Below are positions 51,344 through 61,780 of a DNA stretch of 64,000 nucleotides, one piece after another (positions within the stretch are counted from its first letter, which is position 1; each line of letters begins with the position of its first letter). The notes beneath the pieces were generated by a model. The model was given only the letters and a program-made list of their open reading frames with translations. It was not told where the DNA came from and searched no databases. Made by a program: the position numbers and the translations under genes. This DNA is from Alphaproteobacteria bacterium (lineage in GTDB: Bacteria > Pseudomonadota > Alphaproteobacteria > UBA828), in assembly GCA_963422645.2 (NCBI GenBank), contig CAXXVO010000004.1, positions 352,001 through 416,000 of the forward strand, given 5' to 3'.

Positions 51344-52854
51344 CAGCCACACCCTCCCGCCGCGCGGTGCTGCGCGCGCTGGGAGCCCTGCCGGTCGTGT
51401 TGACGGCCGGCAGGGCAGGGGCGGCGAGCGGGGACGCCGCCGATCCCGCAACGACGCTGACCGCCGCGCAGCGCCGGCTCGCGTTCGCCACGGCGCCGGC
51501 CGAGACCCTCGCGGCGCCGCTGACGACGCTCTCGGGCCGCCTGCCGCCCGGTCTCGACGGCGTGCTCTGGCGCAACGGCCCGGCCGAGCACGAGCGCTAC
51601 GGCCACCGCTACGGCCATTGGTTCGACGGCGACGGCATGGTGCAGGCCTTCACCTTCACAGGGTCCGGCGTGAACCACCGCGCCCAAGTCCTGGAGACGC
51701 CGAAGCGAAGGCGGGAGACGGCGGCGGGCAAGCGCATTCTGCCAGCCTTTGCCACGCTCCCGCCCGACGTCGGACCCATCATGGCGCCCGACGACATGAA
51801 CGCCGCCAACACCTCCGTGCTCGCCCACGGCGGGCGGCTCATGGCGCTCTGGGAGGGGGGCTCGGCGCTGGAATTCGATGCCGAGACGCTGGTGGCCGGC
51901 GACTTCGTCGCGTGGCGGCCGGACCTCGCCGGCGCGCCCTTCTCGGCGCATCCGAAGGTGGAGGCCGACGGCACCTGCTGGAACATCGGCTGCGTCACCT
52001 TCCCCCGGCCGATGCTGCTCTTCTACCGCATCGACCCGGAGGGCCGGCTCGCCGCGTTCAACGTGCTGCCAGAGGAGCCGCTCGGCATGGTGCACGATTA
52101 CGTCGTGACCCAACGCCATCTGGTGCTTGTCGTGCCGCCCTTCGTGGTCGAGCCGGAGCGCTTCGCTGCAGGCCCGATCAGCTTTCTCGACGCCCACGTC
52201 TGGCGGCCGGAGCTCGGCACCCGCGTGATCGTTGTGGAGAAGGAGACGCTCACCCCGGCCCGCCGCTACGACCTGCCGCCCGGCTTTCATTTCCACCACG
52301 GCAACGGCTGGGAGGAGGCCGACGGCACGATCCACCTCGACCTCTGCCAGGCGGCGGACCCGATGTTCGCGATCCACGACCTGCGCGCGGTCATGCGGGG
52401 CGACTGGGGCTTCCCCTCCGCTCAACCGCGCTACCACCGCATGGTGCTGCGGCCCGGAGGGACGGCTACGGTCGAGCAGGTGGCCCCGGCCGTGGCCGAC
52501 TTCCCCCGCATCGACCCGCGCCGCACCGGGCTCCGGCACCGCGCGCTCTTCGCGCTCACCGGCACAGAAGACGGCGGCTGGCCGCTCTCACGCATCGATC
52601 GCATCGATCCCGGCCAGGGCGCCCTCGATGGCTGGTCCTACCCGCGCCACCTGATCCCCGAGGAGCACGTGTTCGTGCCGCGCGGCGACGCGGAGGGTGA
52701 CGGCTGGCTGGTGGGCCCCTTCCTCGATCTCGAGCGCGGCGCCTCGGGCCTCAGCGTCTTCGACGCCCGGCACCTTGCCGATGGCCCGCTCTGGCAAGGC
52801 CTTTTGCCCTACCCGCTACCCCTCGGCCTGCACGGAACCTTCGTGGCGGCCTGA
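51340..52854 (+). CDS. Carotenoid oxygenase / RPE65 family dioxygenase with a Tat-like signal
   Basis: SRRAVL signal, RNGP, HWFDGDGM, NAANT, AHPK, HDY, HHGN, EHVF, LHGTF (four Fe-ligand His). Confidence 0.9.
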   Translation: MTATPSRRAVLRALGALPVVLTAGRAGAASGDAADPATTLTAAQRRLAFATAPAETLAAPLTTLSGRLPPGLDGVLWRNGPAEHERYGHRYGHWFDGDGMVQAFTFTGSGVNHRAQVLETPKRRRETAAGKRILPAFATLPPDVGPIMAPDDMNAANTSVLAHGGRLMALWEGGSALEFDAETLVAGDFVAWRPDLAGAPFSAHPKVEADGTCWNIGCVTFPRPMLLFYRIDPEGRLAAFNVLPEEPLGMVHDYVVTQRHLVLVVPPFVVEPERFAAGPISFLDAHVWRPELGTRVIVVEKETLTPARRYDLPPGFHFHHGNGWEEADGTIHLDLCQAADPMFAIHDLRAVMRGDWGFPSAQPRYHRMVLRPGGTATVEQVAPAVADFPRIDPRRTGLRHRALFALTGTEDGGWPLSRIDRIDPGQGALDGWSYPRHLIPEEHVFVPRGDAEGDGWLVGPFLDLERGASGLSVFDARHLADGPLWQGLLPYPLPLGLHGTFVAA

Positions 52855-52893
52855 CGCCATAAGTCAGCCGCTGGTGAGATGTGCGAGTTGAGA

Positions 52894-53030
52894 GGAACCG
52901 GGCCGCAGGCCCGGACGGCGCAACTGCGCCGCGCGGGAAGCGCGTAGCGTCGCGCGGGAAGCGCGTAGCGTCGCGCGTCCACGCGCGCGGAGCGCACGAT
53001 CGAGCGGAGCGAGCGCCCGGCGACTGAGGG
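52894..53030. repeat. Long copy of repeat family A containing a 21-bp tandem duplication
   Basis: CGCGCGGGAAGCGCGTAGCGT occurs twice at 52930-52971. Ends match the 43122-43286 and 4110-4155 copies. Confidence 0.8.
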
Positions 53031-53048
53031 AAACGAATAAGAACCCGC

Positions 53049-54254
53049 TCAAAGCCCCGGATCAGCCGAGTACAGGCCGAGCAGCACGCGGCCGTGGTTG
53101 GAGGCGTTCACGTCCCAGTTCTGGGTGATGTGGCCGCGGATGCAGTTGAGATCGCGCATCGCCCGCGAGATCGGGTTGCTGTCGTAGAGCCCGGCGCCGC
53201 CCGAGAGGTGGAAGAGGAGGTCCACCGCCTCGGCCGCGAGCTTGCCCGCCATGGTCGCCTGGGCGCGCAGCTCGGTCTTGAGCGGCATCGGCGCGATGCC
53301 GCCGCTCTCGGCGATCGCCATGCCCTTGTCGCAGCAGTGGTGCAGCAGCAGCCGGGCGGTCTCGATCGCGGTGTGGGCCTCGGCCACCTTGACCTGCGCG
53401 GTGGAATAGTCGGCCATGCTCTGGCCCGACATGCGCGCGACCCGGTCGCGGGTGCGGGCGACGAAGTCATCGTAGACGGCCTGGGCTACGCCGAGCGCGG
53501 AGGCGCTCTGGTTGATGGAGAACATGGCGTAGGCCGGCAGCTTGTAGAGCGCCGAGTCGTTCACGGCGCACCCCGGCGCGGTGCCGCCGCCCTTGGTGGC
53601 GTCGATGGTGAGCGCGCGGCGGTCCGGCACGAAAACGTCGTCCACAGCGACGTCAGCACTGCCGGTGCCGCGCAAGCCCGCGGTGTGCCAGGTGTCGATG
53701 ATCTCGTACTCGCCCCGAGGGATCGCGTGCATCTGGGCGAGCCTGGGCTTGTCGCCGTCTTCGGTGAAGGCGCCGGCGATGAACCAATCGGCGCCGTAGA
53801 CCCCGCTCGCGAAGGGCCAGCGCCCGCTGATGCGCCAGCCGCCATCCACGCGCAGGGCCCGGCCGAGGCTCGGGATCAGCACGCCCGCTACCATGGCGTC
53901 CGGGGTCGCGCCCCAGATCTCGTCCTGCCCCTCCGGCGGCCAGTAGCCGAGCAGGCAGTTGTGGGAAGAATACTGGATCAGGCACCAGCCGGCGGCGCTG
54001 CAGGCGATGGAGATGGTCTCCACGATGTCGACCAAGCCGGAATAGTGCGCTTCGGCCCCGCCGTGCCGCGCCGGCTGCAGGATGCGGTGGATGCCGGCCT
54101 CGCGCATCGCCTGCATGGTCTCGGGCGCGAGTCGGCGGGTCTCCTCGGTCTCATCCGAGCGCTCGCGGATCGTGTCCATGATCCCCCTGGCGCGCTCGAG
54201 CAGGCCTTCCCGGGTCCTCACCGTCGCCGTATCCGCCGCTGCTGCCTCATTCAT
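53049..54254 (-). CDS. Flavin-dependent monooxygenase, acyl-CoA dehydrogenase fold (HsaA-like)
   Basis: GWRISGRWPFASG, DTWHTAGLRGTGS, LSGGAGLY..NPI.R. Confidence 0.85.
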   Translation of the reverse strand: MNEAAAADTATVRTREGLLERARGIMDTIRERSDETEETRRLAPETMQAMREAGIHRILQPARHGGAEAHYSGLVDIVETISIACSAAGWCLIQYSSHNCLLGYWPPEGQDEIWGATPDAMVAGVLIPSLGRALRVDGGWRISGRWPFASGVYGADWFIAGAFTEDGDKPRLAQMHAIPRGEYEIIDTWHTAGLRGTGSADVAVDDVFVPDRRALTIDATKGGGTAPGCAVNDSALYKLPAYAMFSINQSASALGVAQAVYDDFVARTRDRVARMSGQSMADYSTAQVKVAEAHTAIETARLLLHHCCDKGMAIAESGGIAPMPLKTELRAQATMAGKLAAEAVDLLFHLSGGAGLYDSNPISRAMRDLNCIRGHITQNWDVNASNHGRVLLGLYSADPGL

Positions 54255-54260
54255 GGTGTC

Positions 54261-54914
54261 TCAACTCTCCATCAGCACGTCGTGGGCGAGGTGGTCGGCG
54301 ACCCGGTCGAGACCCTCGCCGGTGCGGCAGTTGGTGAGGAGAACGGGCCGGCCGTTCCGCACCTCTTCCGCCTCCTTGCGCATCAGCGCGAGATCGACGC
54401 CCACGTGGGGCGCGAGGTCGGACTTGTTGATGATGAGCAGGTCGGCCCGGACGATCCCCGGCCCCCGCTTGCGCGGGATGTCGTCCCCGCCCGAGACGTC
54501 GATCACGAACATCCAGTAATCCACCAGGTCGAGGGAGAAAGTGGAGGCGAGATTATCGCCGCCGCTCTCGATCAGGATCAGGTCGAGGGGGCGGAGCTGC
54601 TCCTCCAACAGGTCGGCGGCCTCGATGTTGAGCGTGGGGTCCTCGCGGATCACGGTATGGGGGCAAGCGCCGGCCTCGACACCCACCACGCGCTCCGGCG
54701 GGATCAGGCCGCTCCGCTGCAGCCGCTCGGCATCCTCCTGCGTCACCAGATCGTTGGTGACGATAGCCATAGAGGTGCCGCTTGCAGCAAAGAGCGGCAG
54801 CAGCCCTTCGATCAGCGCGGTCTTGCCCGAGCCCACCGGCCCGCCGATCCCGACCCGTGCCGCGCTCGGCGCCGCCCTTGCCTTAGCCAGCCCCTCCGCC
54901 CCTCCTGCCGTCAC
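54261..54914 (-). CDS. ureG: Urease accessory GTPase UreG
   Basis: [45 protein letters not shown] start overlaps the ureE stop. Confidence 0.9.
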   Translation of the reverse strand: MTAGGAEGLAKARAAPSAARVGIGGPVGSGKTALIEGLLPLFAASGTSMAIVTNDLVTQEDAERLQRSGLIPPERVVGVEAGACPHTVIREDPTLNIEAADLLEEQLRPLDLILIESGGDNLASTFSLDLVDYWMFVIDVSGGDDIPRKRGPGIVRADLLIINKSDLAPHVGVDLALMRKEAEEVRNGRPVLLTNCRTGEGLDRVADHLAHDVLMES

Positions 54915-55369
54915 GGGTCCTCCTGCTCCTCGATGATGCGCGCCCGGCCGTCGGCGAGATGCTGCGCGAGCCGCGCGATATAAGTCTCGCGGGGGCCGTC
55001 CAACGCCACCTTGAGGGCCGCGCCCTCGAACCGCACCCGCCAGTGCAGATTGCCGCAGAAATAGCCGAGGTCCAAAGCCGCTGCCAGGTCGCGGGGGCCG
55101 AGCGCGAGCCACACGGTCTCGCGCATGCGGACCACGACGGCGCGGTCCTCCTCAAGCAAAAGAACCGTGCCGTTGGCGAGACGATCGGAGCGCGCGATGG
55201 CCACCGCGCAGTCGGTCCCCTTGTCGGTCGCGACCCGGAGCCGCTTGCGCGCCGTATCGGCCGCATCCAGCGCGATGGTCTCGACCCGCCCGTCGTGCTC
55301 CAGCGCATGCAGCCGCTCGGCGATCGCCGGGTCGGTCGCGTTGCCGAAAATCTGGGTGAGCCGCAGCAT
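54911..55369 (-). CDS. ureE: UreE-like nickel chaperone
   Basis: [19 protein letters not shown]...[12 protein letters not shown]. No His-rich tail. Confidence 0.78.
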   Translation of the reverse strand: MLRLTQIFGNATDPAIAERLHALEHDGRVETIALDAADTARKRLRVATDKGTDCAVAIARSDRLANGTVLLLEEDRAVVVRMRETVWLALGPRDLAAALDLGYFCGNLHWRVRFEGAALKVALDGPRETYIARLAQHLADGRARIIEEQEDP

Positions 55370-55493
55370 GGCGGGCAGCTTAGGGCGATCGGAAGCGCTG
55401 GCAAGGGAGGGCGCGGCCAATGCGGTGTATGTCGATTGAAGGGTGGACCGGCGTTCGGCATCATGCGCCCACGGCGCCACGCGGAGGAGACTG

Positions 55494-57125
55494 ATGCGCG
55501 CGACGATGATGGACTACCCGCTCACCCTCACCCCTTACCTGGAGCGGGCCGGCACGCTGCTCGGCGACAGCGAGATCGTCACCCGCCTGCCGGACAAGTC
55601 GAAGCACCGCTACCGCTTCGCCGACTTTCACCGGCGCGCCCGCCAGCTTGCCTCGGCGCTGGCCCGTGCCGGGCTCGAGCGGGGCGAGCCCGTGGCCACC
55701 ATGATGTGGAACAACTACGCGCACGAGGAGTGCTACTTCGGCGTCCCCTGCGCCGGCGGCGTGCTGCACACCCTCAACTTCCGCCTGCACCCGAACGACA
55801 TCGCCTACATCGCGAACCACGCAGGCGACCGCTTCGCGATCGTGGACGACGTGCTCCTGCCGCTCTTCGAGAAGCTCCGGCCCGAGATCGCGCCGGAGCG
55901 GGTGTTCGTGGTGGCGCTCTCCGGCCAGCCGGTGCCGAAGGGCTACGAGAACTACGAGGATCTGCTGGCGTCGGGCGATCCCGACGACGCGCTGCCCACC
56001 CTCGACGAGCGCGACGCCTGCGGCGTCTGCTACACCTCGGGCACCACCGGGCGGCCCAAGGGAGTGGTCTACTCGCACCGGGCCATGGTGCTCCACACCA
56101 TGGCGATGTGCATGACCGAGCCCTTCGGCATCAGCCAGCACGACACCATCATGCCGGTGGTGCCGATGTTCCATGCCAATGGCTGGGGCCTGCCCTATTC
56201 GGCGGTGGCGGCCGGCGCCCGCGTCGTGCTGCCGGGCCCCCATCTCGACCCGGTGAACCTGCTCGATCTCTGCGAAACCGAACGGATCACGATGGCCGCC
56301 GGCGTGCCGACCATCTGGAACGGCATCCTCCAGGCGCTGGACGCGGAGCCGGACCGCTGGTCGTTCGACCCGCGGCTCCGCACCGCGGTCGGCGGCTCGG
56401 CGGCGAGCGAGGCGATGATTCGGGGTTTCGACCGCCACGGCATTCGCACCATCCACGCCTGGGGCATGACCGAGATGACGCCGCTCGGCACGGCCGCGTT
56501 CCTCAAGGCGACCATGGAAGGGCTCGACGAGGACGCGCAATACAGCTACCGCGCGAAGCAGGGGGTTGCCCTGCCCTTCGTCGACATGCGCCTGACGAAC
56601 GATCAGGGCATCGCGCCCTGGGACGGCGAGACCATGGGCGAGGTGCAGGTGCGCGGGCCTTGGATCGCCGCCGCCTACCACGATTCCGACGAGTTGAGCG
56701 ACAAGTGGTCCGAGGACGGCTGGCTGCGCACCGGCGACGTCGCCACCATCGACGCCGAGGGCTACATGAAGATCACCGACCGCACCAAGGACCTGATCAA
56801 ATCCGGCGGCGAGTGGATCAGCTCGGTCGATCTGGAGAACGCGCTCATGGGCCATCCCGCGGTGAGCGAGGCCGCGGTGATCGCGGCGCGGCACGAGAAG
56901 TGGGATGAGCGCCCGCTCGCCGTCATCGTCCTCAAGGAGGGGGCGGAGGCGGACGCCGACGCGCTCCAGAGCCACCTCGCCGGCGACTTCGCCAGGTGGT
57001 GGCTGCCTGACGACTACGTGTTCGTGGACGAAATTCCGCGCACGTCTACGGGCAAGTTCCTCAAGTCCGCGCTGCGCGAGCGCTACGATGGGCTATTGGT
57101 GGGGGAGGGCGGTGGCGAGAGCTAG
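55494..57125 (+). CDS. Long/medium-chain acyl-CoA ligase
   Basis: [52 protein letters not shown]. Confidence 0.92.
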   Translation: MRATMMDYPLTLTPYLERAGTLLGDSEIVTRLPDKSKHRYRFADFHRRARQLASALARAGLERGEPVATMMWNNYAHEECYFGVPCAGGVLHTLNFRLHPNDIAYIANHAGDRFAIVDDVLLPLFEKLRPEIAPERVFVVALSGQPVPKGYENYEDLLASGDPDDALPTLDERDACGVCYTSGTTGRPKGVVYSHRAMVLHTMAMCMTEPFGISQHDTIMPVVPMFHANGWGLPYSAVAAGARVVLPGPHLDPVNLLDLCETERITMAAGVPTIWNGILQALDAEPDRWSFDPRLRTAVGGSAASEAMIRGFDRHGIRTIHAWGMTEMTPLGTAAFLKATMEGLDEDAQYSYRAKQGVALPFVDMRLTNDQGIAPWDGETMGEVQVRGPWIAAAYHDSDELSDKWSEDGWLRTGDVATIDAEGYMKITDRTKDLIKSGGEWISSVDLENALMGHPAVSEAAVIAARHEKWDERPLAVIVLKEGAEADADALQSHLAGDFARWWLPDDYVFVDEIPRTSTGKFLKSALRERYDGLLVGEGGGES

Positions 57126-58873
57126 ACGCCCCTGCCGCATGGCCCGGCGCTGCGCCGGGCTGCGGTCGCTGCTTCGTCCACCTCAAGCGGGTCGTCGCGG
57201 AGAACCACGCCGAAGCGCTGCGCCGCCTCGTCGGCCGTGTAGTAGCCGCGCATCACGTCGCGCAGGACTAGCGCCGGCTCGCGCTCGTAGGCATGGCCGT
57301 AGCCGCCGCCGCCCGGCGTGGAGACGCGCACGGTATCGCCGGGGCGGAGCGGAATCTCCTGGTCTTTGGAGAGATGCGGCGGGCGGTAGGCCGAGCCGTC
57401 GGCGCGAATCACGTCCACAGTGTTGACGCCGCCGGGTGCGCCGCCGAGCGCGCCGTTGGGCCCGGTGCGGCCATGGTCCATCACCATGGAGGCCGAGGCC
57501 GCGCCCCTCCGGAGCGTGCAGGCATAGGTGACGCCGAAGCCGCCCCGCCAGCGGCCTGCGCCGCCCGAGCCCTCGTGCATGGAATACTCCTGGAAGAGCA
57601 CCGGGTACTTCTGCTCCATCACCTCGATGGGCTGCATCTTGGAGATGCCGATGGTCGAGCAGCCGTTGGTGAGCCCGTCGCCTTCGGGCGAGCCGCCGTA
57701 GCCGCCGCCGGTGAAGAGGTACATCACGTAGTCCCGGCCTCGCGCAGGGTCGCCACCGCCCACGGCGAAGTTGCCCGAGGTGCCGGCGGGCGCGGCGAAG
57801 AGGCGGTCCGGGATCGCCTGGGCGAGCGCATCGAACACGGCTTCTGCAATGCGCTGGCTCACCTCCGCCGCGCAGCCCGAGACCGGGCGCGGGTATTCGG
57901 CGTGAAGGAAGGTGCCCTTGGGCTCCGTAATGTGCAGCGGCTCGAACATACCGGCGTTGATCGGCACGTCGGGGAAGACGTGGCGGATCGCGAGGTAAAT
58001 CGAGGACTTGGTGGTCGCCGCAACGCTGTTCATCGGCCCCAGGCAGGGTGGGCTGGAGTGCGACATGTCGAAGTAAAGCTCGGTATCCTCGACGCGGATG
58101 CGCATGTCGATGGTGAGCGGCTCGTTCACCACGCCGTCGGAATCGACCTCGGCGAGCCCGCGATAGCTGCCGTCCGGGATGGTCTCGATCTTGGCCCGCA
58201 TCTGGCGGGCAGCGCGCTGGCGCATCTCCCGGATCACGTCTTCCACCAGGGACTGGCCGTACTTGTCGAGCAGCGCCGTCATCCGCCGGGCGCCCACCAG
58301 CAGCGCCGCCGACTGCGCCTCGATGTCGCCGATGCGCTGCTCGGGCACGCGGATGTTGGAGAGGATGATGGAGAGGATCTCCTCGTCGATCTTCCCTTCC
58401 TTGTAGAGCTTGACCGGCGGGAAGCGCAGGCCCTCCTGCACCACTTCGGTGGCCCGCGCCGAGAAGCCGCCCGGCACCATGCCGCCGGTGTCTGGCCAGT
58501 GGCCGGTGTTCGACAGCCAGGCGAAGTGCGCGCCCTTGTAGAAGAAGGGCAACGCGAAGCGCACGTCCATCAGGTGGGTGCCGCCGAGATAAGGGTCGTT
58601 GACGGCGAAGATGTCGCCCTCGCGCACGGTGGGCCTGGTAGCGATCAGGTGCTCGGTCGAAAACTGCATGGTTCCGACGAAGACCGGCAGCCCTAGCTCG
58701 CCCTGGGCGATCAGCTTGCCGTCCTCCCTGGCGTAGATGCCGTCGGAGCGGTCCAGCCCCTCCGAGATGACCGGGCTGAAGGCTGCGCGGACGAAGGCGA
58801 GGTCCATCTCGTTGCAGACCTGCTGCAGGCCGCTCTGCACCACGCCGAGGGTGATGGGGTCAAGCTCGCTCAT
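57122..58873 (-). CDS. Hydantoinase B / oxoprolinase family protein
   Basis: AFSPVI, NDPYLGGTHLMD, GHWPD.GG..PG, QEG, SGGAGRWRGG, TPGGGGYG. Confidence 0.92.
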   Translation of the reverse strand: MSELDPITLGVVQSGLQQVCNEMDLAFVRAAFSPVISEGLDRSDGIYAREDGKLIAQGELGLPVFVGTMQFSTEHLIATRPTVREGDIFAVNDPYLGGTHLMDVRFALPFFYKGAHFAWLSNTGHWPDTGGMVPGGFSARATEVVQEGLRFPPVKLYKEGKIDEEILSIILSNIRVPEQRIGDIEAQSAALLVGARRMTALLDKYGQSLVEDVIREMRQRAARQMRAKIETIPDGSYRGLAEVDSDGVVNEPLTIDMRIRVEDTELYFDMSHSSPPCLGPMNSVAATTKSSIYLAIRHVFPDVPINAGMFEPLHITEPKGTFLHAEYPRPVSGCAAEVSQRIAEAVFDALAQAIPDRLFAAPAGTSGNFAVGGGDPARGRDYVMYLFTGGGYGGSPEGDGLTNGCSTIGISKMQPIEVMEQKYPVLFQEYSMHEGSGGAGRWRGGFGVTYACTLRRGAASASMVMDHGRTGPNGALGGAPGGVNTVDVIRADGSAYRPPHLSKDQEIPLRPGDTVRVSTPGGGGYGHAYEREPALVLRDVMRGYYTADEAAQRFGVVLRDDPLEVDEAATAARRSAGPCGRGV

Positions 58874-60909
58874 CCGCTCACGTCCAGGATCAGGTTGCCG
58901 ATGGAATCGAGGGAGGCTCGGTTGCCCGGCTCCACCACGCTGGTGCAGTCGGTCTGCTGCACGATTGCGGGGCCTGGGAAGGCTGCCCCGGCGGGCAGGC
59001 GGTCACGGTCGTAGACCGGCGTCTCCGCCCAGCCGTCGGGGAACCAGACGCGGCGGGCCCCGATCAGGGCGTCGTCGAGGGAGGTGGCCCGCGCCTGGCC
59101 GCCGAGTGCGGCGAGCGGCACCTGAGGCCGCGCGCCAATCACTGCCGTGTGGAGGTTGACGAGCACAGCGCGGATCGTGTCGAGCGCCACCGCGAAGCGC
59201 TCCCAGTAGGCGGCCTCGAACGCGTTCTGGAGCTCCTCGCGCGTCACGTCCGGCCCCGCGACCGGCACGGTGAGCAGGTGGGTCTGCCCCTCGAACTGCA
59301 TGTCGGCGGCGTGCAGGTAGGCGATCTCGCCGACCGCCACGCCCTCCTGCTCGATGGTCGCGCGCCCCTCTGCCGCCTGGCGTTGGAGGATCGCGCGGAC
59401 GTCCCCCATGTCCGCCTCCGCCAGCGGCGCGTTCACCGTGTTCACGTAGTCGTGGCGCAGGTCGGCGGTGATGCAGCCGACGGCGCTGGTGATTCCCGGC
59501 CGGGCCGGGATCATCACCTGCGGGATGCCCAGTTCTGCGGCGAGCGCTGCGGCGTGCATGGGGCCGGCGCCGCCGAAGGCGAAGAGCGCGAAGTCGCGCG
59601 GGTCGTGGCCGCGCGCGAGCGTCGCCATGCGGATCGCGCCGGCCATGCGGTCGTTGGCAATGCGGATCACCGCCGCCGCCGCAGTGTCCGCATCGAGGCC
59701 GAGGGGAGCGCCGACGGTCTCCCCCAGTGCGGCCCGCACGTCGTCGGGCGCGACCGGGTTCTCGACCGCGAGCAGGGCGTCGGGATCGAGCCGGCCGAGG
59801 ATCAGGTTGGCGTCGGTGAGGGTCGGTCGCTCGCCGCCCCGGCCGTAACAGATCGGCCCCGGCTGGGCGCCCGCGCTCTCCGGCCCCACCTGGAGCAGCC
59901 CCGCCTCGTCGATCCGCGCGAGCGAACCGCCGCCCGCGCCCACCGTGTGCACGTCCACCATGGGGACGTGGATGGGCATGCCGTGCTCGAGCTCCATCTC
60001 GGCCGAGACCGCCGGCACGCCCTCCAGCACCAGGCCCACATCGGCGCTGGTGCCGCCGGTGTCGAAGGTGATCAACTGCCCTGCACCGACCGCGCGGCCG
60101 ATGGCGGCGGCGGCCATGACGCCCGACGCTGGGCCCGAGAGCACCGTGTTGACCGCCTTCGCCGCCGCCGAGCGGGCGGAGACGCTGCCGCCGTTGCCCT
60201 GGATCACCAACAGCTCGCGCTCGTAGCCGCGTGCCGAGAGCTGCCCCTGCAATCGGTCGAGATAGCGGTGCAGCAGCGGCTGAACGCAGGCGTTGACCGC
60301 CGCGGCGACGCCCCGCTCGAACTCGCGGTACTCGGCGAGGATCGCGTGTCCCGCGGTGACGTAGCCCGCCGGCCAGCACTCGCGGGCGATGGCGAGCGCG
60401 TGCTCCTCGTGCGCCGGGTTCTTGTAGCTGTGCAGGAAGTGGATCACGAGCGAATCGCAGCCTGCCTCCTGCAGCGCTGAAATCGCGGCGCGCACCGCCG
60501 CCTCGTCCAGCGGCACCAGCACCTCGCCGGCGGCATCCATGCGCTCCGGCACCTCGATGCGAAGCTCACGCGGGATTAGCGGGGTGAAGCTGCCGGTAAG
60601 GCCATAGGCGTTGGGCCGCGTGCGCCGGCCGAGCTCGAGTATGTCGCGGAATCCCTGGGTCGTGATCAGCCCCGTGCGGCTGAGCTTGCGCTCCAGGAGC
60701 GCGTTGGTGGTGACCGTGGTGCCGTGAATGATGGCCGCGACGTCCGCCAGGGACGCGGCCGCGCCGTCGAGCGCCGCAAGCACGCCTGCCGCCTGGTTCG
60801 CGGGTGTAGACGGCACCTTGGCGAGTCTGACGGCGCCGGTCTCCGGCTCCATGAGGATGAGATCGGTGAAGGTCCCGCCGACATCGACGCCGACGACCGC
60901 GCCGCTCAT
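58870..60909 (-). CDS. Hydantoinase A / oxoprolinase family protein (ATP-binding)
   Basis: GVDVGGTFTD, HGTTVTTN, SGPASG, DTGGTS, GAGGGS, GPESAGA.PGP, FGGAG. Confidence 0.92.
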   Translation of the reverse strand: MSGAVVGVDVGGTFTDLILMEPETGAVRLAKVPSTPANQAAGVLAALDGAAASLADVAAIIHGTTVTTNALLERKLSRTGLITTQGFRDILELGRRTRPNAYGLTGSFTPLIPRELRIEVPERMDAAGEVLVPLDEAAVRAAISALQEAGCDSLVIHFLHSYKNPAHEEHALAIARECWPAGYVTAGHAILAEYREFERGVAAAVNACVQPLLHRYLDRLQGQLSARGYERELLVIQGNGGSVSARSAAAKAVNTVLSGPASGVMAAAAIGRAVGAGQLITFDTGGTSADVGLVLEGVPAVSAEMELEHGMPIHVPMVDVHTVGAGGGSLARIDEAGLLQVGPESAGAQPGPICYGRGGERPTLTDANLILGRLDPDALLAVENPVAPDDVRAALGETVGAPLGLDADTAAAAVIRIANDRMAGAIRMATLARGHDPRDFALFAFGGAGPMHAAALAAELGIPQVMIPARPGITSAVGCITADLRHDYVNTVNAPLAEADMGDVRAILQRQAAEGRATIEQEGVAVGEIAYLHAADMQFEGQTHLLTVPVAGPDVTREELQNAFEAAYWERFAVALDTIRAVLVNLHTAVIGARPQVPLAALGGQARATSLDDALIGARRVWFPDGWAETPVYDRDRLPAGAAFPGPAIVQQTDCTSVVEPGNRASLDSIGNLILDVSG

Positions 60910-60916
60910 GGTGTGC

Positions 60917-61780
60917 TCATGCGGCGGCGGCTCCGGCAGTTTCCGCCGGCGCAAGCGTGCGGGTCTCGCCCTGGAGCGCGAGGCGCGAGGAGTCGATCAG
61001 TCCGGCCGCCTGCATCGCCCGCGCCTCCGCGAGCCCAGCGTCGAGCGCTGCGGCCTTGGCGCCTGCGGGGAGCGGCCCCACTTTGACGGTAACCGGAAGT
61101 TTGCCTAGGTCGCTCTCCTCCCGGAGCGACGACGCCGGCGCGTGTTCGACGGCAGGATGGTCGATGGTGACGGCGTTGGCGATCAAGGTCGCCGCAGCGT
61201 CCGCCGCAGCCGCGCTCACCGCCAGCACCGTGACCGCATCGGCGATCCCGAACGAGAGCGAACGCCCGCGCCAGCCCGAGGTCGCCATGCCGCGCGCAGG
61301 TCTCTCGGTGCCGAAAACAATCCGTTCGTCGAGGCCAGGCCGGTCGGGGTCGTTCACGACGCCGGCGGAGAAAGAGGTTCCAGGACCGAGATAAACCGCG
61401 ATGTCGCCACCATTGTTGACGTAGGCGCGCGCGAGGCGGCGCCCCGCCCTCGTTGCCGCCACCACCTCGTCAGCGACCGACCCGGCGACCGCCGCCATAG
61501 GCGTGATGAAGCGGGCCCGATGCGGCCAGCAGGCCCTGAGCATGCGTTGCGCCACCGGGCCATGCAGCGCGGGCTGAGCGTGGCCGAGGGGGCGGCGCAG
61601 CAGGGCAAGCTCGGCCACGAGTTCGTCGAGGATGGTGGCGAAGCGGGTGCCGGCCTGGCGGTAAGCGGCATCCACTTCCGCTGCCTCGCCGAAAGCCTCG
61701 GCCACGATGTCGATCGGCCCGTGCTGCAGGTGCAGCCTGCGGCCGTCGGGCAGCAGCGCCATGCGGGCGGCGCCCGGCAT
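60917..61780 (-). CDS. UPF0280 / ApbE-like protein
   Basis: RLHLQHGPID, ITPMAAVAG, VNNGGDI, ATSGWRGRSLSFGIADAVTV. Confidence 0.85.
   Translation of the reverse strand: MPGAARMALLPDGRRLHLQHGPIDIVAEAFGEAAEVDAAYRQAGTRFATILDELVAELALLRRPLGHAQPALHGPVAQRMLRACWPHRARFITPMAAVAGSVADEVVAATRAGRRLARAYVNNGGDIAVYLGPGTSFSAGVVNDPDRPGLDERIVFGTERPARGMATSGWRGRSLSFGIADAVTVLAVSAAAADAAATLIANAVTIDHPAVEHAPASSLREESDLGKLPVTVKVGPLPAGAKAAALDAGLAEARAMQAAGLIDSSRLALQGETRTLAPAETAGAAAA

Noticed and set aside
54261-55369. Urease operon
   Set aside because: Only ureE and ureG are present, with no structural subunits in the window.
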